A stretch of 62,866 nt of DNA, filler included, from Vannella sp. (lineage: Eukaryota), in the NCBI GenBank assembly GCA_023345925.1. It is 6 parts of 6 records of this genome, joined end to end, with 100 filler letters (N's around TTAATTAATTAA, not from the genome) between each part and the next. Parts side by side here need not be neighbours in the genome. Positions count along the whole stretch, not along the records: positions 30,316 to 45,748 come from JAJQQN010000573.1; 5 more parts are not named here. One strand, given 5' to 3'. Position 1 is the stretch's first letter. Every line of letters starts with the position of its first letter. Position numbers and translations under genes: made by a program. This document shows, in pieces, positions 33,172 to 43,267 of the stretch. The notes beneath the pieces are model-generated. The model was not told the DNA's origin, made no database searches, and was given only the letters and a program-made list of their open reading frames with translations.

Positions 33172-34868
33172 ATGCTGAAGGGGACCTCTTCAGCGGGTGC
33201 CTGGCAGGTTGCTCGAGCTGCTGCAGCGCCTACGTTGTCTCGCACGGGATATGCTATGAGTCCTCTTCTTGATTTCAGGCGCCAGAAGTTGAGGAAAGGC
33301 TGGGTACGTTGCTGCATGGTGGGGGGTTCGGTCTCTCATGAAGTGAGGTAGAAAACTGTTGATCCAGAGGCTCAGTTGACCATTTACCCCGTCCACCGTC
33401 ATGGAAGGAAGTACGACATCAACTGGGAGTTCAATAACTACCAGGTGACCCCCTGCGAAGAGGCTTACCGAAACCTTCACCTTCGAGGACTCCAAATGAT
33501 CGTCCCTGGCAAGAGCGACGCCCAGAAGTCCATCCGCTTGACAAGAGAAGAGCCCCAAGAGCACATTGTGTACTATGTGGAGTCCCCAAGCCTGAAGAAC
33601 AGCAAGGTGAAGACTGTCCCAACCGCAGCATGGAAAAGCGCTATTCGCCAGGTATGGCTCCTGTTCACCATTGAGGAAGGGAGAACTCACAGACAGAAAG
33701 GCTCGCATGGACTTATCTTTCAAGCAAGAGCTGTTTATGCACGACAGCGTCGTGGGATCGTCCCGCGATGTCTCAGTTTCCGCTCGCTTGATGTCCAACA
33801 GCTCTACAGCTGCTCTTCATCTTCAGTAAGACGCACCTGGCTCGGTTTGTTCTCTTGTACTCACTCCAGTAAGCTTCACCACGCCCCACATCACCCAGCA
33901 GAACCCTTCCAGCTTCAAACATGATGTGACGGGTTGGTTGCTTGAAACAGACGACTTCAAGTTCCAGAAAGGTGCGTTGGCTCCAGCTTGGTCAACCAGA
34001 GGACTGATAGCTCGAACAGAGGCGTTTGGGATTACTTCTTCGACCTTCACCTTGGTGGACCTGGAGAGCTTGCGCTTCGTTACTGTGGGCTCCCTTTCCC
34101 CTGAAGTGCTGCGCCAGTCTCTTTTGGCAGTATCAGCTCGCCATATGGCTACAGAGAAGAGCGCTCTCTTGCTTAAGTGCGACACTGTTGTTTCCAACCA
34201 GCAAAGCGGGTTGATCTTCAGCGTCTCTGGTCAACCTGCATCGGAGAAGGGTCAGCTTTCCCTCTTTGCTGCTGAACAGACTATTTGGGGACCCAATGGC
34301 CTCTCCCGCGCTTGGGATTCTGTGTCCTTTGACCATGTACCCACCTCCCTGAAGCGGGGAGACATCGTCGAGACAGTTGGGAAGAGAACCCGCGTGACTC
34401 AACGCCTTCCCAGAGCTTCCCCCTCCGCCCCTGCCCCCAAGATCGCTGTCTTCCTCGCAACAGGCAAGGCTGCTCAAGGCATCACCGGTATCGCCAAGGT
34501 ACTAGTGAACCCTACCTTGATAGCCCATAGACTCACAACAAGGGCCAGTTGGGTGACGCTGGACAAGCAGTTCGATTCCTTGCCGAGAATGGCGTCAGCA
34601 ACATTGCAAGCCCCACTGAGGACACTGACGAGTACTACAAATCACTGGAAGCACGACTGACAGAAAGCCAGACAAGCTGCTTCGTCGTCAACAACCAAGA
34701 CCCTTCAAAGCTTGGCAAACTTCTCGAGGATGCCTTCGCCGGAGTAAGTTCGTTCGCCTTCCTTTCCCCTCCAATCCTCACTTCCTCCCCTTCTTGTAGA
34801 AGGTCACCGCCACCTTCAAGCCCACTTCCAAGCCCACTTCCAAGCCCACCAGCACACCAAAAGAGTAA
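33172..34868 (+). CDS. Probable mitochondrial protein with degenerate PEP-carboxykinase(ATP)-like fold; multi-exon
   Basis: Presequence-like N-terminus. YDINW...AYRNL and TIWGPNGLSRAW recall PEPCK-like segments, but no GLSGTGKT P-loop is present. Confidence 0.45.
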
Positions 34869-34947
34869 ACAGCTCTTCCCACCCATTCAGTGGACAAATT
34901 ACACTTTCATTTCCGAACCCTGACACCATTTATTCGTCGGCTTAGGG

Positions 34948-35722
34948 ATGGTGTGTCCCATTCGCGGTCTCTGGTGGTCTGAGTTCTGATGGGGAGGGCA
35001 GGGGAAGAAGAAAGCTGGAACGCAGTTTGCTAAGATGAAGAAGATGATCGCTCCCGATGATTCGAGGTGAGGAAGAAGGGGCGGAGGGAAAGCAGGGAGC
35101 TGTTCTCACACAGATGGGAAAGGATCAAGAAGAAGGAACACAAGAAGAAGAAGGAGGAAGAAGTTACAGAAGTGTAAGAACGGTTGCTAGGCAAGCGAAG
35201 GGATCCATCTAACAGAGAAGCAGAGCGCCAGTATCTTCCGCATTGTTCTACAAGCACAACACACAGCTGGGGCCTCCTTATCACGTGCTGATCGATACCA
35301 ACTTTATCAACTTCTCCATCCAAAACAAGCTGGAGATAGTCTCCTCCATGATGGACTGCCTGTACGCCAAATGCATTCCCGTCATCACGGACTGTGTGAT
35401 GGCGGAGCTTGAGAAGATGGGTCGCTCACATCGTTTGGCTCTTCGCTTGGTGCAAGATGAGCGCTTTGAGAGGGTCACTTGCACTCACAAGGGGACCTAC
35501 GCTGATGATTGCCTTGTAGAGCGAGTCACGCAGGTGAGCCGTCCCATTTATCTTCTCCTAATGCTGATCAGCCGGTAGCACAAGTGCTATATCGTTGCTA
35601 CATGTGATCGAGACCTTAAGAGACGGATCAGACGCATCCCAGGTGTGCCGATCATGTACATTCGCGGTCATCGTTACAGCATCGAGCGTCTCCCTGAAGC
35701 GTACGGTGCCCCAGCACTGTAA
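34948..35722 (+). CDS. FCF1: rRNA-processing PIN nuclease Fcf1/Utp24; multi-exon, first exon is ATG only
   Basis: [43 protein letters not shown] and [21 protein letters not shown]. Confidence 0.96.
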
Positions 35723-35782
35723 CGCTCTATTGGGACAATTGAGTATCATATCGTTTATATATATTCAGCTTCTGCCAACACC

Positions 35783-38014
35783 TCACTGGTTCTCCTTCAA
35801 CGAACGAGCTTGCCAGTAAGACAAGAGGGATTGAACCTTGTCTGTGAGGTGCTGCGTCTCGGGTAAGATCTCCGAGAGAACCTCAAAGGCAGGCATGGCC
35901 AAGAAGTTGATGAATCCGATCTGTTCCGCAGAGAGAGCGCACTTCTCTCTGTCCATCATGGGGTGAGGAGTGTGACCCTTCTCCTTTTCGCGGTCCCCTT
36001 GGTTGTGGAACTCCTCGTAGATGAGGTCACCGATGTACAGAGCCGTTTCCAAGGGTTTGGTCACCTGATTGAGGTCACTGCAGGTCATGAGAAGTCCCAA
36101 CAACTGCATCTGGTGCATCTCATTGTCGTTATCAAAGCATCCGGGGAGTTGTCGTAGCATGGCCATCTGACGACAGTGGTTTGCAATGTCTGTCACCAGA
36201 ATAAGGTGCTGAAGGATGGAGATGGCCTCTGGATACTCCACTTCTGAAAGTTGGCTCAGAATGGCGCATTCCGGCACATTCAGAAGGCACATTGTCTGTG
36301 CCAAGTGATGGCGCTCGAGGATAGAGCCTTCAGAAGAGTAAAGAGCAGCCAGATCCGAGCTAGAGACCTGCTGGAAGGCGTTGTTGGTCCCTCTGTGGTC
36401 AATATCGTGTGTCAAGGCCGCCAAAGGGAGCTAAAAAATGGAGCGAATGAGACGTGATTGAAGGGACAGATAAACTTACCATGTCCCTTTGTAACTGAGT
36501 AAGTCTATCTTCCAAGGAGCACGTCTTCAGGACCATGTACGCAAAGTAAGTAACCGAAACTGCGTGAAGCCAGTTGTGATACGGGATTTCAGCTCGGTAG
36601 CTCTTCTCTGCTGATAAGATGAAGTGAATGAACTTGTTCCTACCCGCCTTGAAGCGATCTGGAAAGGATGAGCGTCGAACTAAAGATGCCAGCTCCTCGT
36701 ACCGATCACTCCCAAGTCGTGGAACATGAACAGAGTAAGGAAAAGCGAATCCTCTCGGGAGAGGTATCGTGGGCTCATGTCCCAGGTTCCAATCCCCTTC
36801 TCTTGAAGATAGGAATCGAGTTGGTTTGTGTCGATTAGGTGATCTAAGCGGTCAGAGAGCCCCTGGACGTCCTGGTCGCTGATGTTGTAATGATAACTCA
36901 TGATGTCCATCAGAATCTACAGTTTGGATGAGAACCGAGGCCTCCGAGGCTCGAAACACTCACATTCGTGCGCTGCTTAGCGCTTTGGACTTGTTTGTAG
37001 TGGATGCAGTTGCTCAGCGCCACTCCTGCGAACTCTGCAAAGAACACTGCTAGGAACTCTGCTGTTTTCTCGAGTGGTCCCTTGTTGAGGAGCTGCATCA
37101 CTCCGATAAGCTCGACTTTGCCTTCTCCCACGAGCTCCTGTGGCCACAATTAGCTCCAGATTAGGTCGATTGAGCTTACAATGTGAGGACCCATCTCAGA
37201 TGGCTTGCCATAAGAGTAGATAGGGATGCTAAACACGCTCTTGGTGCGGTAATTGAGCATTCTGTCCATTGTAGCGTCAAATCGAGGGTCCTTCCCTCCT
37301 TGTAAGCCACAGACGCTCCGTTTGTGAGGTCCCTTACTTCATAAGCATCCTCTACCATCAGAGATTGGCCATTTTGGACCACCCAACCAACCAGTCCTTG
37401 TGTGCAGGGCACTTTAAACTCTTCTCCCCTTGTTCTTGTGAGGAGAAGAGCAGTTAGAGCATGTGGGACTTACTCTCGTTCTGTGCGGGCAACAAGATGT
37501 GTTCCTTCAGCATCTAGAAGCCACAAGGAGCAGCGATTGACGTCAAGAAAGGACTGTGCAGACTGAGTGACCAAGCGGATGGTTTTGTTCATGTCGGAGA
37601 TGTTTGCGAAGATTCTCTTGTTGATCTCGCACATCTCTGCCAGCCTTTCATAGCTTAGCAGTTCATTGTACCGATGAACAGCTCCACTATCCCTCATGAA
37701 GCTCATGGCGGGAACAAAAAATACCAATCGGGGGATCTCATCCTTGATTAAGATCCATCGAGATCCCCCGATTGTTTCATAGAAAGGGAAATCAATCAAG
37801 ATTGGTGAGAGGTGTGATCACGTAAGCTTCCCCTTCATGCAGGGAAGTGAAGTCAATTCAACAATCCCCTTTCTTTCTTTGCTCCAGTCTACGACTTCAG
37901 TCTAATGGCATCGCTCACGAGATCATCAGACAACGCAAACATGGACCGAGCTCTCTCCGGCTCCTCGATTTTCTCAGTCCAAATGGACAGACCAAGCTTG
38001 GTTACGTCAGTCAT
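35783..38014 (-). CDS. Class I cyclic-nucleotide phosphodiesterase with GAF domain; multi-exon, start approximate
   Basis: YHNWLHAVSV, HDIDHRGTNNAFQ, SILERHH, CSDL and EFHNQGDRE. GAF motifs RCSLWLLD, GLVGWV, FD...D..LNYRTKS and GVMQLLNK. Confidence 0.9.
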
Positions 38015-38098
38015 TTCATCAAGACTAGAGTGGGAGGTGCAACTTTGAAAGGAAAGGAAAATCGCCGTCTCAGTGTTGCGACACTTTGATCCGCTCCG

Positions 38099-40950
38099 AT
38101 GTCTGACTACGACCGTGGTCGCGATAACTATGGAGGACGCGATGACCGCGGTGGGCGAGACGACCGCAACTATGGAAGGGACGACCGTGGTGGACGCGGA
38201 GATGATCGTGGTGGACGAGACGACCGCAACTATGGAAGAGATGACCGTGGTGGACGAGGGGATGACCGAGGAGGCCGAAGAGATGATGATAGAGGCTACC
38301 GTGGACGAGGAGATGACGGAGGTTATCGTGGAAGAGGAGATGGAGGTTACCGCGGTGGAAGAGACGATGGTGGATATCGTGGTGGTGGCTTCCGTGGTGG
38401 TCGAGGCGGCGACAGAGGAGGACGTGGTGGATTCCGAGGAGGGCGAGGAGGAATCTCCGCGCGCATGGTGGACACCCCAACTCCCGTGGACCTTCTTGTC
38501 AACCACTTTGACATGCGGATTGAACGAAAGACCATCTACCAGTACCAGGTCGAGTTTGAACCAGAAATCTTCCGAAAAGGAGCCATGTATCGCATGTTAG
38601 AGCTCAATTCCGACGCCCTTGGTGAACACATGATCTTTGATGGGCGCATGCTCTTCATTGCCAAGCAAGCAGACGATGAGATGAAACTACAAGGTACCCA
38701 CAATGGTGTTCATTATGATATTGCAGTGAGTGCTACTCGCGTTATCAGCCCAGACAGTGCGGATATTCCCATCCAGTTTTACGACTTGGTCTTCAAGAAG
38801 GTGCGTGCCCTACTCGTCCAGTAGACACCTACTGATAAGCCTGAATTATTTAGATTCTTCGCTCCCTGAAGCTCAAGCCCATCAGCCGCCAGTACTTCGA
38901 TCCCACGAAAGCTATCAAGGTGCATGGCCATCCGGTCCAGTTGTGGCCTGGCTACGTCACAAGCATCCGCCAGACGAAAGGAGGCATCTCTCTTATTAAC
39001 GACGTCACCCACAAAGTGCTACGAACCGGTACGGACTTGTTTCCTTTGAGGAGGCGCACCCTCGCTCACTTCCCGCTCAGACTCGGTTCTTCACTTCATT
39101 GAGAACTGCAGTCGTGAATGCAGGGGAAGAGGGTTCCAAGATATGGCTACACAGAAGCTACTGGGCCAGGTGGTCGTCACGGGCTACAATAATCGCACTT
39201 ACCGTGTGGATGATGTGGCCTGGGACCTCTCCCCTCTCAGTACCTTCGAGAAGAAGGAAGGAGAGAAGATCTCCTACATGGAATACTACGCCAAGTCCCA
39301 CGGCATCAACATCAAGAACTCCGAACAGCCTCTCCTTTCCCACAAGGTTCGACGAAAGGGCGCTGACGATGAGATCATCTACTTGATCCCTGAGCTCTGT
39401 AACATGACTGGCATGTAAGTAGTAGCGCCTCATCACAAAAGAGGGCCAAAAGAAGACTAATTCAAGCTTAGTTCTGACGAGATGCGCGCGGACTTCCGCA
39501 TGATGAAGGATGTTGCTGCTCACACCCGTGTTGAGCCTAAGATTCGAGTTGAAGAGCTCCAGCAGTTTGCACAGAAAGTGAACCGCGATGAAGAGACAGC
39601 GAAGCTCTTGAAGGACTGGAGCATCATCTTAGCGGACCAGCCTCTCCGCGTGGAGGGCATCCAGCTTGCAGCGCCCACTCTGCACTACAGGAACAAGCCA
39701 ATCAACAAGTCTGCCGATTGGTCAAGGGACATGCGAGACGGCCAGTTGGTTGAGGCGAAGGACCTCAACGACAGGTGTTGGATGATTCTCCACACTGGAT
39801 CGCATCGTGGCTTGGCGAACGAGTTGGCTGGCAATCTAAGGAAGGTTGGAGGAGGAGCAGGCATTCGCGTTGAAGAGCCCCTCTTCATCGCCTTGCGTGA
39901 TGACCACACCGAGTCCTTCTTGGACGAGATCAAGCGCAATGTCGTGCGTGAGGGCAGTGGTGCTACAACCATGATCGTTTGTATCCTCCCCACACCAAAG
40001 AAGGATCGGTACGATGCCATCAAGCACCTGTGCTGCCACGAATTGGGAATCCCTTCGCAATGCGTTGTTGCCAAGACATTGGAGCGCTCCAACCTCAGTG
40101 TAGCGACCAAGATCTCGCAGCAGATGAACTGCAAGATGGGAGGGCAGCTTTGGGCTATCAACGATGTGCCACCAAGCTCAATGGTGATCGGGATTGATGT
40201 GAACCACGACACCTCGCGCGCACACGGCCGCCGTTCCGTGGCTGGATTCTGTGCATCAACGAACGACCTGTTCACTAAGTACTACTCCGAAACCTCTTTC
40301 CAGGGCGTGGGTCAGGAGCTGGTCGATGGGCTCAAGTCATTCATGAGCAGAGCACTGCAAGAGTATAACAGAGTGAACTCGACCCTGCCCGCTTGGATCT
40401 TCATCTTCCGTGATGGAGTGGGAGATGGAATGCTCCCTGCCGTCCTTGAGCATGAAGTGACTCAAATCACAGCCGTTTGCGATGCGATTTACGCTCAAAC
40501 GCCAATCGTCCCCAAGTACTGCTTCATTGTCGTCAAGAAGCGCATCCACACTCGCCTCTTCGCCACTCAAGGTACCTCTATCGACAACCCTCCTCCTGGC
40601 ACAGTCCTATCCACTCACGCCGTCACTGGAGACAAAGACTTCTTCCTTGTCAGCCAATCTGTGAACCAAGGTAAGCCCGACCAGCCCCTCCTTCCTCCCT
40701 TCTCCACTCACTCTGGGTACCAGGAACTGTGACACCTGCTCACTATCAGATCCTCTTTGACACGATCAACCTGCAGACGGAGCACATTCAGAGACTGACT
40801 TACAGTCTCTGCCATCTTTACTACAACTGGCCTGGCACTATCCGTGTACCAGCACCGTGCCACTATGCACACAAGATCTCCTTCTTAGTGGGCCAGTCCA
40901 TCCACACAGAATGCGAGCCAAAGATCCGCGACAAACTCTTCTTCCTTTAG
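38099..40950 (+). CDS. PIWI: PIWI-clade Argonaute with RG/RGG-rich N-terminus; four introns
   Basis: PAZ motifs [17 protein letters not shown] and YLIPELC. MID/PIWI motifs [65 protein letters not shown] and LFFL. Confidence 0.96.
38110..38450 (+). repeat. Low-complexity coding repeats ([14 protein letters not shown]), including a 60-nt tandem duplication
   Basis: CGAGACGACCGCAACTATGGAAG occurs at 38156 and 38216. Confidence 0.85.
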
Positions 40951-41046
40951 AAGGACGAAGGGACACTCTCTTTCCCTCGTTTTCCCTTTCTTTCCCATTC
41001 CCTGCACTCTAAAGCATGTTCAGTTACATGTGTACGTTGTATGGGA

Positions 41047-41457
41047 CTAGAAAGGCGGCTGTTCCATGAAGTGTTGGCGACGGAGGAGCTGTTGATGGCG
41101 TTTGATGTCGGCGGGGTCCAGGCTCTGGTCCTTGAAGAAGGCAGAGGCCCGGCTCTCCACTTGATCATCGGTGACCTCCACTACTTTCATGTCCTGTGTG
41201 TCCACAGCAAAGCGTGCTCGTGGCTTCTGCTGGCGCTGGAAGGCAGACTTTGGCGTTCTCATCCTCAACACGCGGAGGCGGCTCTCTCCATCGGCCAACA
41301 GCTGATTGATCTCCTCCACCCCCACACACTCTCTCTTCTCACGGAACTGCGCTCGAATGCGCTCCTGCACTCCCCCACACTCGCCCACAGGCAGCCCTCG
41401 ACTCGTCCTCATCAAACCTCGATAAAGCGCCAAAGAAGGCCCTCGCCACGTTGCCAT
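41047..41457 (-). CDS. LYR-motif (Complex1_LYR) mitochondrial protein
   Basis: LALYRGLMR...RIRAQFRE...INQLLADGE. Confidence 0.8.
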   Translation of the reverse strand: MATWRGPSLALYRGLMRTSRGLPVGECGGVQERIRAQFREKRECVGVEEINQLLADGESRLRVLRMRTPKSAFQRQQKPRARFAVDTQDMKVVEVTDDQVESRASAFFKDQSLDPADIKRHQQLLRRQHFMEQPPF

Positions 41458-41467
41458 GGCCACCAAC

Positions 41468-41537
41468 AAATGATCATTACCACAGTGCATCAAATGAGGC
41501 CTCAAAGAGCGCAGGAACGGACTCTTTTGGGTCATTT
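41468..41537. promoter_or_regulatory. Putative bidirectional core promoter (LYR / RCR ligase)
   Basis: TCATTT on minus (41468-41473) and on plus (41532-41537). Confidence 0.6.
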
Positions 41538-41555
41538 CCCCGTCGGCAGGTGGGA

Positions 41556-42926
41556 ATGGAGTCTTTGGACATCCCTCCTGAGCTTTTAGAGTACTTGCGG
41601 GGTGATCCGTCGTATGTGATATGTCCAGGATGCTCTAATGTGTGGGAGAATGCGGGGGCGGGGAGTGAGGAGGACTGTAAACACGTCAAGACCGAGGACG
41701 GCAACTTTCTCTCGGCGGAGTGTCGCCAGCACTACACTGCTCATCGGTTCCGTTGCCAGAGATGTGAAGAGATCTTCTGTCACCAGTGTGACCGCATTCC
41801 CTATCACTTGGGGTACACCTGTGAAGGGTTTAGGGAGGCTTTAACCTCTTTCAAGTGCCGTTGGTGCCAGGAACCCATTCTACAAGAGTCTCTTGGAGCC
41901 ACAGGGCCTCCAAAGAACGCAGAGCGTCTCTCTTGCTCGTCCTGTGCACCAAACGATAGTGCGGTGATGACAAAGGACCAGCCAGAATGCAACCACCCGG
42001 CCATCTGGCACCACTCCATGCCTACTAGGAAGATACCCGATTGCATACGTCCTGAATGCGTTCGGGGACGAGGGAGTGAAGAGCAGACAAGCGAGGATTT
42101 CTGTGCCATCTGCGGAGCGGATGCCTTAGGGGCGTTCCCGTGTGTCAAACTGCGTTGCAACCACATTTTTCATGTCAATTGTGTATCAGAAAAGCTCAAG
42201 CATCGATGGGATGTGGGGAAGCCTGTCAATTTGTCCTTTATGGACTGTCCGCTTTGTAAGTCACCAATTGATTGGCCTGCCATCAACCAGCCCTTTGTGG
42301 GAACGATTCGAGAACTCCAAGAGATGCGAGCAGACCTGAAGCACCGATGCGCTCAACGGTTGGAGATTGTGAAGCGGGAGCAATTGGCTGCAATTGAATC
42401 AGGAAGTGAGACTGAGATGGACCTGGTTCCTGACTTTGATTCGGACCCAGATGAGGAAAAACGCTTCGCTTATGGTATGAGGAAGTTCAACTTCTACGAG
42501 TGCGTTCAGTGCAAATCGTTTTACTTTGGAGGACTCAAAAGCTGCGACGCTGCGGCTGCTGAAGTGGTTGATGACGGGGAAGGAGCAGCTGAAGCGCCTG
42601 CTGATGCAAAAGCGAAAATCTTAGTATGTGGTGGCTGCCGGGGTTCGTGTAAGATCCACGGAGGGGAGGAGATGGTTTACAAATGTCGCTTTTGCTGCTC
42701 AGTCGCCAATTTCTTCTGCTTCGGACACACGCACTTTTGCAAGGATTGCCACACCAAACCTTGGAATCTGGTTAGCCAGAATAACTACCAATTCGTTGTC
42801 AACAAGCTCGCCCAGTGTGAAGGGCCTGCCACTTGCCCGTTGGGTATTGACCATCCTCCAAATGGAGAAGAGTTTGTCCTGGGGTGTGCGTTATGCGGAG
42901 ATTATGTAACGCAGGAACCTTCATGA
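41556..42926 (+). CDS. Stand-alone MYCBP2/Highwire-type RING-Cys-relay E3 ubiquitin ligase
   Basis: RING-H2 CAIC...CNHIFHVNC...CPLC, followed by FYECVQCKSFYFGGLKSC, LVCGGC, CKIHG, YKCRFCCSVANFFCFGHTHFCKDCH and CPLGIDHPPNGEEFVLGCALC. Confidence 0.9.
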   Translation: MESLDIPPELLEYLRGDPSYVICPGCSNVWENAGAGSEEDCKHVKTEDGNFLSAECRQHYTAHRFRCQRCEEIFCHQCDRIPYHLGYTCEGFREALTSFKCRWCQEPILQESLGATGPPKNAERLSCSSCAPNDSAVMTKDQPECNHPAIWHHSMPTRKIPDCIRPECVRGRGSEEQTSEDFCAICGADALGAFPCVKLRCNHIFHVNCVSEKLKHRWDVGKPVNLSFMDCPLCKSPIDWPAINQPFVGTIRELQEMRADLKHRCAQRLEIVKREQLAAIESGSETEMDLVPDFDSDPDEEKRFAYGMRKFNFYECVQCKSFYFGGLKSCDAAAAEVVDDGEGAAEAPADAKAKILVCGGCRGSCKIHGGEEMVYKCRFCCSVANFFCFGHTHFCKDCHTKPWNLVSQNNYQFVVNKLAQCEGPATCPLGIDHPPNGEEFVLGCALCGDYVTQEPS

Positions 42927-43071
42927 ATGTATCAAACTAAATTAGCCCTCATTTGAGTTAACTCTCAGGTATCAAGTTCCTCCTTTTTACCAAACGTTTC
43001 CCCAATCAGACAGATGACTCTGGCGATTACCAATGTCAGATTCATCTGTCTTGAGGTGGGTTCCTGCTGGG

Positions 43072-43116
43072 AGACAATGAAACTTAGGCAAGCCTAGTGA
43101 ACCGAATCTAACATTT
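43072..43116. repeat. 45-bp inverted copy of the intronic sequence at 43535-43579
   Basis: AGACAATGAAACTTAGGCAAGCCTAGTGAACCGAATCTAACATTT versus the reverse complement AGACAATAGAACTTAGGCGAGCCTAGTGATCCGAATCTAACATTT (4 mismatches). Confidence 0.92.
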
Positions 43117-43267
43117 TTGGAACCTCTTTCCCTTCGCTCATGGAGTCAACTAACTGGTGAGACCCTTTAGATCCCAAATCCCACGTGAAAGGGAACCTTT
43201 GAAACACATAAAACTAAAACTATTAACGAAAAGTGATGAGAAAGAAGGAAGCACGGGGAGGGCGATG

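Noticed and set aside
37889..38600. Long alternative-frame and antisense ORFs over the PIWI N-terminus (also over the CWC22 RS tail and the mucin stalk)
   Set aside because: These are shadow ORFs produced by low-complexity repetitive codons.
42978..42995. U5 snRNA loop-like CCTTTTTACC
   Set aside because: It deviates from the invariant GCCUUUUAC, and no flanking U5 stem or Sm site is evident.
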